Assembly (NCBI GenBank): GCA_036172245.1
Contig: JAYWIR010000038.1
Location: 496,001 to 560,000 of the forward strand
DNA: 64,000 bases
Source: Raillietiella orientalis
Lineage: Eukaryota
Direction of reading: 5' to 3'
Part shown: positions 39,036-51,509 of the stretch, piece after piece
Numbering within the stretch: position 1 is the first letter of the stretch
Layout of the letters: each line of letters opens with the position of its first letter
Notes under the pieces: model-generated
What the model was told of the DNA's origin: nothing
The model's input: only the letters and a program-made list of their open reading frames with translations
The model's database searches: none
Translations under genes and position numbers: made by a program

Positions 39036-39332
39036 TCAGGGCACATGTCGACAGTCCGCCACGAGCAAAGAACCGCCACAAAAGGTTACGAGGGGGGGGG
39101 GAGGGGCATCCTCCTGTCGCTGGAGCGCCGCAGTCAGCTTTCGCCACAGTTCGCTGAGGTCACCGCAGTCAATAGCAGGCGCGAGTTCGACTCGACCGAC
39201 TCGTACCTGGCACAGTCCGGGGACGGAGCTCCCCCGGGGATGGAATGTCAGAGCTGTTTCTGCCCTGGAGCTTCTGGATTGCACTGGGACGCCCAGAAGC
39301 AACACAGTGTATCTCCAGCTTAAGGGGAACAC
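39036..39332 (-). pseudogene. Degenerate BAF-like unit
   Basis: SVPGLCQVRVGRVE..DLSELW is in register with QIPGMNLILNAVLE..QLYSLW of the 36655 ORF. Confidence 0.4.
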
Positions 39333-39414
39333 TGAAGTGTTCCAACACTAATGAGGGACCACGAGTTCGCCAAAGAGCGCACACCCAACAGCTCGGACCA
39401 CCGACGTGGTCCCT

Positions 39415-40186
39415 TTCCCCCCGGTTGAGTCAGGGCGTTTATTTATAGAAAAATAAACTTACAAGTCTGTGGCAGGACCATTGGTCCTGCCACGTTACAG
39501 ATGTAACCATGGGAACCTGCCGAGAACCGGCACGCAGGTCGGCGAGGTTCGCCCAGGCAGCAGAGGGGAGGAAGGCAAACAATAACAAAAATGCATAAAA
39601 GCATAAATATATACAAGAAAATTTGTGGGGGGGGAGGGTTGGGAAGGGATCACCGGGTGCTGGAGGGTGTCCTCTGAATCCTCTCCAGGATGCTGGCAAG
39701 TTCCTACTTTATAATTCCCAGATGGAGCGAGCAACTTGCAAGATCAGAGAAATGGATGGCATCCCTGTCGTCCTGGCCTCCTCTGGCGCTGCTCCAGGAC
39801 GCCATAATCCCGAGTGAGCAGCAGAGTCCTGCTGAGGGTGCAGTCGGCGTGAGGGCGTCGCGCAGGAAGGGACGCTTCATAACGTCTCTGGAAATACCTT
39901 CGGGAAATCCGCAGGAACGCCGCAAAGCGTTCTCACAAGGGACGGAGGGCAACACAACCCACAAGCAGATGCAGGAGGGACTCTTTCTCCACACCTGCGG
40001 CACTTTGGGCTTGCACTCCCCCGGGTCCAGTGGCGCCGGCAGGCGTTGCGCGGGAGGGAGGCCCCGATGCAACAGAAGGATCGCCGACTCCTGCCATTTT
40101 AGGGGAGGGTGGCACTGTTCCAGAACTCTGGGAGATACTGCACCTCCTCCGGAGGAATTTGTAGCAGCTCTGCCCAGCGTAGCAGT
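39415..40186 (-). mobile_element. LINE 3' fragment
   Basis: ESLLHLLVGCVALRPL..RDVMKRPFLRDALTP; tail AATAAACGCCCTGACTCAACCGGGG. Confidence 0.8.
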
Positions 40187-43100
40187 CCTTTATTTCCACC
40201 CGCTCACGCCGGAACGTTTAGTGTACAAAAAATTATTTACGAAATAAGTCACATCAAGTACAAAAAATGCCTTCCTCCGTGGTGGCTTCACATGACCACT
40301 ACGAGATGCCTCGGAGGCGCTGCTTCTCGGGAGCAGCTCCCCCGATGAGGTCCACACTGGAGGAGCAGGGCAAGGGGTAAGACACAAGAAAAACACACAC
40401 AAGAAAAACACAAAAGTGGAGTTTAAAAAATGTTGGGAGGAAAGGGAAGGGATCACAGGTTTATTCCTGGGGTCTTTAGCATCCCCTGGAGGGTGTTGGC
40501 AAATTCCTCTTCCTCTTGTTGCCAGAGATGTGGCCTTCCTCACAAAGGAGCAGACGATTGGGATGACCTCACCGTTCGACTGGCCCCTTTCGGCGCGGCT
40601 TCTCGCCGCCACCATCCCACGAATGCATCACAGAACTGCAAGGGAGGAAGCTGCAGGCGACATCGAGTCGCGTGCGAAGAGGCGGCGCAAGACCTCACCG
40701 TCATTGTCCGCGGGGAGTGGGAGGGCCGCAGCGAAGCGTTCCCGGACGCTCAGGAGGGCAACGACACAATCGGACAACCGGTGCGGGGGAGAGGGTTTCC
40801 CGTTCCTCGCACCTGGCACAGTCTGGGTCCGTACTCCCCCCTGTCCAGTGCGTTGCATGGGATCGCCCTGCGAAGCAGCTGCAATGCCGAGTCCCGGCAC
40901 TCCAGGGGAAGCGTGGAGCTGTCCACACACACTGGAAGTACTTCTGCCTCTTCAGGAGGAATATCCAGGAGCTCGGCACGGCGACGAACTCCGTCGGGGA
41001 AGGCGGCGAGTGCGGAGGTGTCAGCCAGTTGATGCTACCGTCCAGCATCCCAGCTGCTTCTATTTTCCCGCGATCTCGCCGGATAATTGCCATCTTGCAA
41101 GGTCACCGCCGTGCCCATTTCGTTGTATTGTGTTGAGGGTGTCCGCAAGTGGGGTGTTCCGCTAGCTGGCTGTCTTCCATGGACAGCCCACGATTTCTTG
41201 CAGCGAGCAGCGAGCGCAGTTCGAGAATCGCAGTCATCGCGATGGCTCCGGGCGCGTGCCGTTTCTTTCCACCCACGCCTGACCCGTTTTTTTTTTCCAG
41301 ACCTGCAGTAGCAATCCTTTCAGTGGGACACTCGGGATGGCAGAGTCTTCCAGCTCCCGAGTTGTCCACGCACCCAGATGTTTCTTCCTGTTGTACACCT
41401 CGCATCCTATCTTGATCGAAGACTGCTGTCCCTTGCTTCCCTTAGGCGAGGTGAGCCTTGTCCACCGACAAGGTGAGCTGGAGCAAGGGAGGTGAACGAA
41501 CATTATCCAAGATGTGGCGGCATCCGCCAATTCGTTGGTTGTCCAGCCGTACAGGGGTCTGGTCAGTCCTGCAGTGTCTCAGAAGGGACTTCCGCCTCGC
41601 CGGTAGTCTACTGTCGTCGCTTGCCCTTAGAGCAGTCAGAGCTGTGGCAAGAGGTGCGCCGGTCAGGGTCCTCAACTCTTTCGGATCCTGAGGCACCTCT
41701 CTTGAAGGATGGCTGACGGAGAGTCGCAGGGGGCGGAGTCCCACCTGCGCGCATTACTTCGCATGCATTCCAGGATGGGCGGGATCGAACCGTTCTCATG
41801 AGGAGCACCTGGGGCGAAGTGTGGCCTTGCACACACTTGAATTCAGCGCCACCGCTGCCACCAGCAGCGACATGCAGTCCTTCGGCGCTCCAGTTGCCCT
41901 CAGCAGCCCGACCGGGGAATTGGTGCCACTCAGGCAGCAACTGGGAGGAGACCGCGTCCTGGGTTCCGTCCCAATGAGGACAGGCCCTTTCTCATGCGGA
42001 AGACGACGTGGGAGAGGGAGCCCCTTCTCTTCCCGTCTACAGGTTTCCGAACTCTTCATTTCGGGAGGCGTCAGCGACGGCGCTTCCCTTCTCGGCGGAC
42101 CCCTGGGAAGAGCAGCCGGTCCTCTGGAGCGCCCTGCAATCCGTCTGGGTGCGCCCTACCTGCTCACACAGCTCCTGAAGCTCAGGAAGCTGGCGGGAGT
42201 CTTTCGCGCCCTGCTTGCAGCCATCCTCGTGAGCGCAAGCAGGGCGTCGCCTCCCGGGTGGACCTAGGGGGCGTCTGGAGGAAGACCTCAGGGACGGCAA
42301 GAGCTGCCCCTTCGGAAGTACCGTGACCCCTTGATACAAGGCCGTCGGCGGCGCCGTGACGAACCTCACCGAGGGCACATGGCTCCTCTTCTCCAGGAAG
42401 TGCGGAAGCCTTGTCCATCTCTTCCTCGGAAACAGGCAGGTGGCCCGGGTCTATATGCAGCTGAGCTTCCGCACTCTTTGACAGCCCCTCATCCTGCTAC
42501 CCTTCCTCTCCGTGCCAAGCGCAGGAGGGAGGTCATGGCTTGGACCGGTCGCCGCCGCTTCAGCAGCAGCAGCGGACGGGTTCTCTGGAGAACGCCTCCG
42601 ATCCGCAGCACACCGAACCGATCACCCTGGTGGTGGTCCACGACACCGTTACCCATCCAGCACGGTGGGCTGTCTTCCCGGGAGAACCCACCCTCCCGGA
42701 CCATGACGACAGCCGCTTCCTGCCAGCAGAAATCGCCGTACCACCCTGGTGACTCCAACGTTCCTCCGTGGGTGAAGTAGGGCAGCTCCGCGGCTGCACT
42801 GCCGAAGTCTCACCCACGTGGAGGAGGCGCCGTGCCGATTCGGGCATTCGCCGTAAATCTTTCATGAACCTGCACACACTTGCAGGGTCGCATCCCTCCT
42901 CAGGCCGCACAGAAGACGGACGGTGCGTGCGACCTGCCCCATTGGTTTGGACCGAGTCCCTCGTAAGGGCAGACTCATGCTCAAGTGGTCCATCGTCGTC
43001 CTTAAAGTCCACCCTGCCGCTTCCAGTCCCACGGAACAGGGTGGTGGTGCTTCCAGAGGGCTTGGAGCGAGACCAGCTGCACTTGGGGAAGCCCTTTGGG

Positions 43101-44850
43101 ATCCTTCTCTTTTCGCTGCCTTCCCCCCAGCTGTTTCCCCCCTTTTTCTTCTGGGTTTTCTCTTTTTTGGTCCTTAAGGGATGCTGAAGAACCGTCCGTC
43201 TCGTCAGGGAAGGCTCTCGGAACTCTCCTTTAACGCGGTTCACGCCATCCGAGGGTGTGTGACTCTTCAAGGATAGGAGGTGACCCCGGAGGGACCACCA
43301 CGTGAATTCAGGAAGGCTCCAGTGGGAGGAGTCCTTTCCTCACTTACAGTTGGTAGGAGAACCCCGCAGGAAATCTCCTCTTTCTTGTTCTATCCGGAGG
43401 GATCGCCCGGAATAAGGGAGCGCTCCTCGTTTCTTCTCCGGAGGGCATCCTCAGGGGAACCTGGTTTCTCCCTATGAAGAGACGCTTCCCAATTTCTCTA
43501 GGGAACGCCTTCCCGAAGGCAGCTGCGCTCTTCTTCTCGACACCCTGGAGGTTGGTCCTCCATGGCATGCGATGAAAGGTACTCCTCCGAGGGAGGAGGG
43601 AAGGGCTCCCTTTTCACAACCGGAGGGGGAAACCCCAAAGAAGCTCCTTGAGCTGTCCTGGAAGGACTCTGGAAGGTCAGCTTTCCACCCCGGCCAGTCA
43701 ACAGGGGCATCTGGCTTCCACCAAAAGCAAAGGAGCCACCGCGCTACCCCCCCTTAGGAAACACATGGGCAGCAGCCTCACGGCTAGATGGGAGATCACT
43801 GTGGAAACCTCCGGAGGGAGAAAAGGACTGGGCGAGTGGACGACGGACCAGCTCACTGACGCTGCGACCTCGAGCGCTGGATCTCATGGACTTTTGCTCT
43901 GGAGCATGCTACGGGGTATTCCAGAGGAAGACTTGCAGTAGCTTCCGGTGTTCATAAACACCCGCACCCTCCCCTTAAAGTGGCAGGAGTCGGCGTTGAT
44001 GCTGCTGCGCTGGGGCTTCCCGTGCAACTCCCGCCGGCATCATTGGACACGGGGAGGGGGGGAGTGAACCCAAACCGTTCAAGCTGCGGGGAGAGGGAAT
44101 CCTTCCCGCACCTCCTAGTGGACTGTGTTGCCCTCCGACCCCTTTGGGAACGTTTTGCCGCAACCCTTGGAGCCCCCGGCAGCAACTCTAGAGACCTTCA
44201 GAAGCGCCTCTTCCTGCGCAACGCCCTCACGCCGACCGCATCCCTCCCTAGCAGCACTTTGCTGCCCACGCGGCGGGACCGTGGCTGCATGGAGCAACGC
44301 CAGAGGATGTCATAATGACAGGGACCCCATCTACTTTTCCATCCTCTTCATGAGGACAGCGTCAAGATGACCCCACCTGGGAGCCTTGAAACAGGAACTT
44401 GCCGACATCCTTACAAGGGTGCAGAGGACACCGTCCAGCACGCAGTGATCCCTTCCCGAACCTCCCATTTCTTGACTTTACGTTTTTCGGTTTCTTTTTT
44501 TTGTTTCTTTCCCCTTCCCCTGTGTTGCCGAAGCGACTCTCGCCAGCCTGAGTGCCAGATCCCGGCAGGCTCCTTCTCGTAGTTATAAGCAACGTGTCAG
44601 GATCAAACTTCCTGCCACGACGTGTGTATTTATTTTTTATAAGTCAGTGTTCCGATGTGACCGGGTGTCTACTAGAAATATTATGGTTTAATGTGCCAAC
44701 CAGCTCCATCCTGCGGGGGAGACTCTCAGTCCACGATGCGCACCCCGTTGTCGTCGTCGGTCCTTCCCCTGGCGGGATTCGAACCCACCCCGCTTGGAGA
44801 CCACGCACGCAAAGGCAGCAGCCTCACGACCTCCGAGGGCGGACACTTGG
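40187..44850 (-). mobile_element. Internally deleted LINE: tRNA-like head, 5' leader, ORF1-like region, endonuclease remnant, C-terminal Cys region, tail; no RT core seen
   Basis: B-box at 44774-44785; leader homologous to the tRNA-headed repeat (44850-44690, resuming ~43740-43150); DPDCARCEERETL..LSDCVVAL..VLRRLFARD at 40.7-40.85 kb; tail at 40191-40220. Confidence 0.62.
43760..44670 (+). mobile_element. 5'-truncated LINE nested within the leader of the minus-strand element
   Basis: SCGERESFPHLLVDCVALRPLWERF..DLQKRLFLRNAL; ends GTGACCGGGTG; both flanks belong to one contiguous tRNA-headed leader. Confidence 0.8.
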
Positions 44851-46369
44851 GTAACGTCCACCTCATGGGAGTACTTCAGCGTCCGCCTCCTCTCAGATCC
44901 TCCGACGCGTGCTCTCAGGAGCCATCTGGTCGCTTGCAGCGATGCGCATCGCAAGGTTGCTGGCGGGAGAGCCTGAGGCACCCAAGTCCACAGAGCGCGT
45001 GCCCCTCGATGACCCACTTGTGCTCGTGGGTGGGTTGACGAGGATGGATCATCCTGGGATCGGGCTTGGCCTGATTCATTCAAGGGAAGATACCTACAAC
45101 GAAGATCCGAAAGGATGCCAGGAAGGTGAATCAGCCGTCCGGCAACCCCGGGACAAACTCCGAGTCTTCCTGGAGGGCCTTCTCACCAGCCGGGATCATT
45201 TCGCGGCTGCGCTCCTGTTCTGCGGACTGCGCCCTCCGCATCCTGTTCTTGCGGGGTTTCCCAAAGGGTAGGAACTCAGAGAGACCTGCCTGTCTACCAT
45301 CTCCCGGTTGCGTCACCGCATCTGTCGGAAGCTATGGAACTACAAACAGAGGGGGTAGGTCACGAGGTCCCGCCGCGTCTAAATGCCAGAGGAGACGTGC
45401 CGAGGTGTCGGCGCGCGGACCGGCAAGGCTTGCCTAGCAAACACCGGCAAGGGGAACACCTGAAACTTTAAAAACGAACAAACGGATACTCTTCTACGGG
45501 AAGGAGAGGAGGAGGGGGGGAGATGAATTCGGGAAGGGATCGCAGTCCGTTCTATGGCTGCCTAGGCACCCTCCGAAGGACGGCTGACAGGTTTTCCCTG
45601 GTCAGTTCCCAGATGAAACCATCTCGCTGCTTGTCCTCGCGAAGACGGTCGTCTCGAGGTGGATGGAGTCCATCGCGGTTCCGACTTACTACATGGCTCA
45701 GGGCTGCAAGCACCCCCCTCCCAGGAAGGCAGCAAAACGTCTGCCAGAGACGCGTCTTGCGGCAGAGCGCGCGGCACAAAGGGGGCGCCGCACAGCGTCT
45801 CCGAAATCGCTCTACAGGACACGTAAGGGTCGTCGCAAGATGTTCTTAGAGGGGTCGGAGGGCATCAGTCCAGAGCCAAGTGCGGGGAGAGGTTCGAATC
45901 CTCCGCATGGGGCACACTTTGGGTCACCACGCGCCCCTTGTCCAGTGATGGTGCCGGTAGGCCGCTCGTTCTCCCCCTGGACTGCGGCCGCCGATCGTGT
46001 CAGCCACCTGGTTCCTGGCGTTTCCGCGCCACCCCCGCCACCGACGCGGCCGAATCCACGCCGCATGAACCACAAGCGGGCTCTGGCGGAAGGAAATCCA
46101 AACGCCGTTGCGGTTCCCATTACTGCAGGCCAACGGGGCACCGTGGTGGGACAGACCGCTGGCGTGTCCCACCACTGCAAGAGAAGAAGATAATTTGCAG
46201 GTGATCTGAAGAGCGATATTGCGCTCGGTTCTGATGAACCGAAACGGAGACAATGGTGTTAGGGAGAACGGTGCTTAAAACCGTCCCTCCAGAAGGCCGG
46301 CTTCGCGGTGTGACGTCAGCGTGCGCAATCAGCATGGCGCCCAACAATGCAATCTAAAAGTACAGCTCG

Positions 46370-46850
46370 AGGCCACCACGCAGCGACTGGAGGTCACCGG
46401 GATGGCAGCCGCCTGCGTGAAGACGGCTGCAAGGTGACCTCACCTGGAAGAAGAGGTAAAGGAGGAGATCGCCGGCATCCAGCGCCGGTTGGTGGACCGT
46501 TAGGAACGTCGGACACCAGTGACCCTTGTCCCCTGACTCCGTTTATTTACTTTTTTTCTTTCTCATTCCCCATCCCCGTCCGTTTGGTAATTCTCCCGGC
46601 GTTTTTTTGTCTTGATCGCGGTGCCTCACGGAGAGAGCTCAAAGATCTCCGCCCCATCTCACCCAATTTCTTTTATTTTTTCTTGGTTGTTACCTTGTCC
46701 TTCCCCCGTTCCGGACTTTCCGTTATCCCGGCCTACGTGTCGGTGGACCCTCGAACCTCTTTCGTCGTCGGTTGAGAACCGTGTTCCCGACTGGTTTGTT
46801 TTTTGTATAAACAAAACGCTCCGGCGTGACCGGGTGGAAAGAATAAAAAA
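46370..46850 (+). mobile_element. 3' end of second LINE subfamily
   Basis: Homologous to 29990-30464; ends AAAACGCTCCGGCGTGACCGGGTGGAAAGAATAAAAAA. Confidence 0.75.
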
Positions 46851-49800
46851 TAAAAATGCGGCTCGAGAGAGACTTCCCTCGAGGTGTGTGTCTGGGCAGG
46901 GGAACGTATCCAGGCCGTGGGCTGCCGGTTGTCTAGGGGTTCTGAAGAAACTGGTCCGAGATGAGGTGTTTCGAGGAGGAAGGGGAGGAGGTAGCAGCGG
47001 ATGCAGGCAGCACCGCCGGCCTCTGGCTCTTACACCAAGGCGCGTGCGTGCCTGTCCCGTCCGTCGGGGGTTTTCATCCTCTCACACCGGAGAATCTTCC
47101 GTAAGATCTGATTCGCCAAGAAACTGTCAATCCATAGAAAACGTCAGTCCTCCCCAGGGGGAATGCAAATCCCACCACGCCGCTACAGTGCAGGGGAAGG
47201 TTCTGCTCGCGAGAGGATTGGTCAGCGAAGTCCACAAAGGGGAAGGAATCGAAAAAAAAAAAAAAGGACATAACAAAATTGCCTTTAAAAAAAGACCATG
47301 GGGATAAAGGGGTAGGGAAGGGAAGGCATGACAGCCACCTTCCTGGAGTCCTGGGCACCCTCTACAGATGCACACAAGCTTGTAAGGTAAGGGCTGAAGC
47401 CATCTTGTCACCATCCTCGGAGAAGGTGACACAACGGGGTTGGAGTCCATGTTGGTTTGGAAACTCAGGAAGGGGTCGGGTTCTCTCGACCTTTTTGCAA
47501 ATAACTGTCCCTCCTAACCCTTTTCCCGAACTCGAAAGGGTCATTCGCGACCTCTTACCTCTTTCTCGCTACTTGCGGGTCGGCTTATCCGGCCAGGGTG
47601 CGAGCGTCTTTTACAGCCTCCTGAGCTCAAGGTCCCGAATGGCTGTCTCGTGGGTACCTGTAGTATACACTGAAAGGATCCAGTTCTCCTTATTCCCGAC
47701 CTCACGGCTCTTGCCTCTAACAGACCTGTGCGTCGCTGCTCTCAGAAGTCCACATGTCTTTACTTGGAAGCGTGAAAGACGAGATGTGAACGGACGACCC
47801 TGCTCAACCGGGTGTCAAACTCTCGTGCCCGTGGTGGTCGCACTTGCGTAAAGACTGCAAAAGTGCAGACTGATACTCTAAGATGTCAAGTTATGTTCTT
47901 GTATCAGTTTTCGGGCCTCTATTCTGGCGCATCGCAAGCATTGCCCCCCAGATGAACTTCTGGAAGCAGCAAATCGTACTGAGATTCCTCAATTCTATTG
48001 AAACGATTTCCGACTACAGTTTTTGAGGAGTGGGTTTAGGGTTGGAAATGCCGGACGTGCTGTACGGTCAAAGTCGCCATGCTCTTTGACCGTACAGCAC
48101 GATTTCAGCTTTTTGCTTTGACGAGGTTCGCAGCAAAAGTTATTCTTTCACGACCAAAAAGCAAGGCAAAGAAGCCATATGCAGACTCCAGAACTCCGTG
48201 AAAGGGAAAGTTATGAGCTAGGTAGGTTTTGATAAAGGTTCCAGGTGTTTGTTAGGAAATTTGTAGATAGCATGAAGGCACTGCTTCGTTTCGGCTGAGC
48301 TCACGAATGCCTACCGCTGAAACGTACATCACGTCATGCTTTCAAACCGCTGTCTTCGTACAACCATCGTGTACGAAGACAGCGGCTGTTCCTTCAGTTT
48401 ATTCATGGATTACCATGCAGTTACGCTGGTGTGTCTCTTTTATGAGTGATGCTGCTGCGGTATCAATGCAGCAATCTACTTGTGAGAATACAAAATGTTT
48501 GAAAATATAACATGCTTGATAGTTTTCCACGAGTCTTTGCTTAGAACCTTTTTTTTGCTTCTTAGGAACTCATAGATGTGAATGTTCTCTCGAGCTGATC
48601 ATGCTTTGCAATTTTCGATTACATATAAACTAGAAATTTGCAGAATGATCTTCATAAAAGAAATATTTTGGAAAAACATATCGTTTCCTAATAACTGTAA
48701 CTATTAAAAGCTCAGCATTATAATTGTCGCCTTGTTTGCTCACGATCGTTTCTAAAAAAACCTGAGCTATATGTGAAAGTGTTGCATTGAAGATGGTTCC
48801 TACATCAAATATTAGAGTCCAGATCTATATTCTCTTCTTCAAATGACTGAGCATTTTTGAAATTAGATATTTCTGATATCATTTCTACATCCTTGATTCC
48901 TTGATAGCATTCTTTTATAACAAAATTGCCAGTGAAATGAATTTTGCAATTGGCGTGAACTCGTTAAAGGCTGTAAGGGAGATAAATTTAAACTTATGCA
49001 GAGGAACAGATATGTGTAGTAACGCATAAAAACAGACCTATTCGGAATGAAGTGCATCTCCAGAATGAGTTGTGAACACACTTTGTTAGTAGTTTGTGCT
49101 GAAAACCAGTTTTGTCAGATTGCAAATGTGCATTACTTAATAGCGTTAGTTTTTACAGACTTATCGACAATCAATTGGAATTCATTAAAAATTCTGGAAA
49201 CTTATTTCAATAAACTGTATATAAATCGAAAAAATAACGAAATCATGAAAAACGAGAAGAAAAAAAAATGGAGATAAAATGTCCCTTGTCTGAAGAATAC
49301 TTGTGCGTGTCATGGAATACTAAATTGATACAATTTCATTTACAACAGTCAATGCAGAACTGTTTAGTAAATGATGTAAACTGCTTACCTAAACACTCAA
49401 CTCTTCACTGGGAGTAATGTTCGCTTTATAATGAAGACAACTGGTTGCATTTGCGCAAGGCAACCCTGTGCAATTGAAGCACGAGATGTACATGGAAAGC
49501 ATGTCTTGTAGTGATGCTTCCTTGCGTTGCTGGCCAAACGCTGCCTCAAGTGTTTTCGAGAACTTGCTTGCATGGACCGAATTGTATTCTTATTCCTATT
49601 ATGATTAGAAGATAATTGTGTATCGTGGTTAGATATTTCCATGTTTTATTATAGGTAATTCATTTTGAAGTATAACCGAGAATGCTGATTGTCAACAGAT
49701 CGAGTTTACCTATTAAATGCCAATGCTTTTGTTCCTTTGCATTGTTTGGTTCCATTGAATCACCTCATAAAATCTGGAATCAATCTGGGCAATAATCAAT

Positions 49801-50143
49801 TGTCATTTCTTTTGTGTGTGCAGAGAACTGCATTTGTTCCGTGGTAGTAGCGAAAGTTTCTTATTGCCTAAACCATTGGTAATCGAATCATTACCATTCA
49901 ATGTTGTATAAAACTCCAGAATAAGTAAAACAGCTCGAGACTGAATTGTTACTGAATTCTCACATTGCTAATTTCAAAATGAGTCTATTGCTTCCATTCT
50001 AAAAGGAAGTGAACACATGAATCTTGTGATGTAGAAAGAAAAAAACATTATTCCTTTGCAACATCATTCACGATTGTTGGATTGTTTAGAGGTAAGTGTG
50101 GAATGTTTCATTTCGAGACAGCCATGTGTTTATCGTAGTGGTG

Positions 50144-51509
50144 ATGATGGAACCATCCATGATTAATGAGTATTCCGAATATCAGTCGTTCCTTCAAATG
50201 TTGCATAATGACTCGAAGGTAATAGCCGGCATTTGCAATTCAGGATCTATGTTAGAGTTACGTGAGAAAAAAATGAGCATGCCAAGTAAGCAAGAAGCCA
50301 TAAAGGTAAATATTCTATGATAGAGTCTTGAAAGGGCATTGTTTAGGATTTTATTCTTAAACATGTTTCAAGCATCTCACATCTGTAACCAAAGTAGTTA
50401 TCCAGTTTTATTGAGATGATTTTTAGTTTCCAGAGATACGCCGTGAATTATGGAAGGCGTTTTCAAGTTTAGCTGCATTAGTTAATTTTTGTGACCAAGT
50501 AGAGCAAAACAAAGCAGGCACAGAACATTCTCAATGGGAAGAAGTTGAGCATCATGTTGTAAGTTTCTTGTGCTTCTTGACAAAAACATTTTGCTTGTGC
50601 TAGAATGTAATCAGGGAGATAAGGAAGAAGTTCTCATCAGAAGAAATGGAATATGTGATACAGAAGAAAATTAGGCAAGTAGCCAAAAAAAAGAGATACT
50701 TAAGAAGGCAAAAAGAAAAAAATAGAATTCATCGAGAATCCATGTTAAAGCAGCGATTTTTAAAGGAAGCAGAAATCAATAATTGGTTAAATAAATTGCA
50801 AAATGAGGAAAAAAAGCAAAAAGAGGTTGTAAAGCGTAAAAATTTTTTCTCCTAAATTGTCATGCAGCTAAAAGAAGTCGGAAAAGAAGCTGGTGATGTT
50901 CTACCAGAAATTCAGCACAAAATTAATGAACTCACTGAGTTGCAAGCTCTGTTAAACAATTTGATACAACTACGTAAGCTGCGTGCTTCCAATACTTTTT
51001 CTCATAAAATTGAAATATCTGAGGTGCAGAACTCTTTTTTTGACACATTTGTAAGTGAGTTTCTTAAATTCCTTGTGGTTCACTTACCATTCTTCCTATT
51101 TGATCAGAGCATCTTCAGCAATCTTTAAATCACTATAAAGACTGCTATGAAACAGAAGCTTGTGCATTGAAGACAATGTCAGCATTATCTTCAAGTACTC
51201 GTGCTGATGATGATGCTCGAAACAAAAACATTGAAACATGTCTACATTCTCTTTTTGGCTCTGCACCAAAGACTGATCATCATTTGTTTTCTGCCTATCA
51301 GCAGTTAACTAAAGCAAACAAAGATCCTGATTGCCTCATCCAGATTAGGTAACATTCTACATTTGCTGCACACACATTTTTCTAATTATTTATGCAGATT
51401 AGCTTGGGACCGCTATTTGCATTCACAAGGGTCCAGTATCCCATTAGGGTGGGTTATACCCACACTCCCAACATCGGATGATTGGAAAGCATTTTTAATG
51501 AGTCGATGA
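50144..51509 (+). CDS. PDCD7: Programmed cell death protein 7 / U11-U12 snRNP 59K homolog; exons approx. 50144-50305, 50427-50558, 50604-50825 (or 50828), 50868-51054, 51108-51348, 51398-51509
   Basis: GT-AG introns join in frame. Basic coiled coil KKKRYLRRQKEK..EINNW, L..LRKLR, and the family-like C-terminus LIQIRLAWDRYL..GSSIPLGWVIPTPPTSDDW. The 5' exon structure and start codon are less certain. Confidence 0.88.

Noticed and set aside
48032..48043. Telomeric repeat GGGTTTAGGGTT
   Set aside because: Fewer than two full units; compatible with chance.
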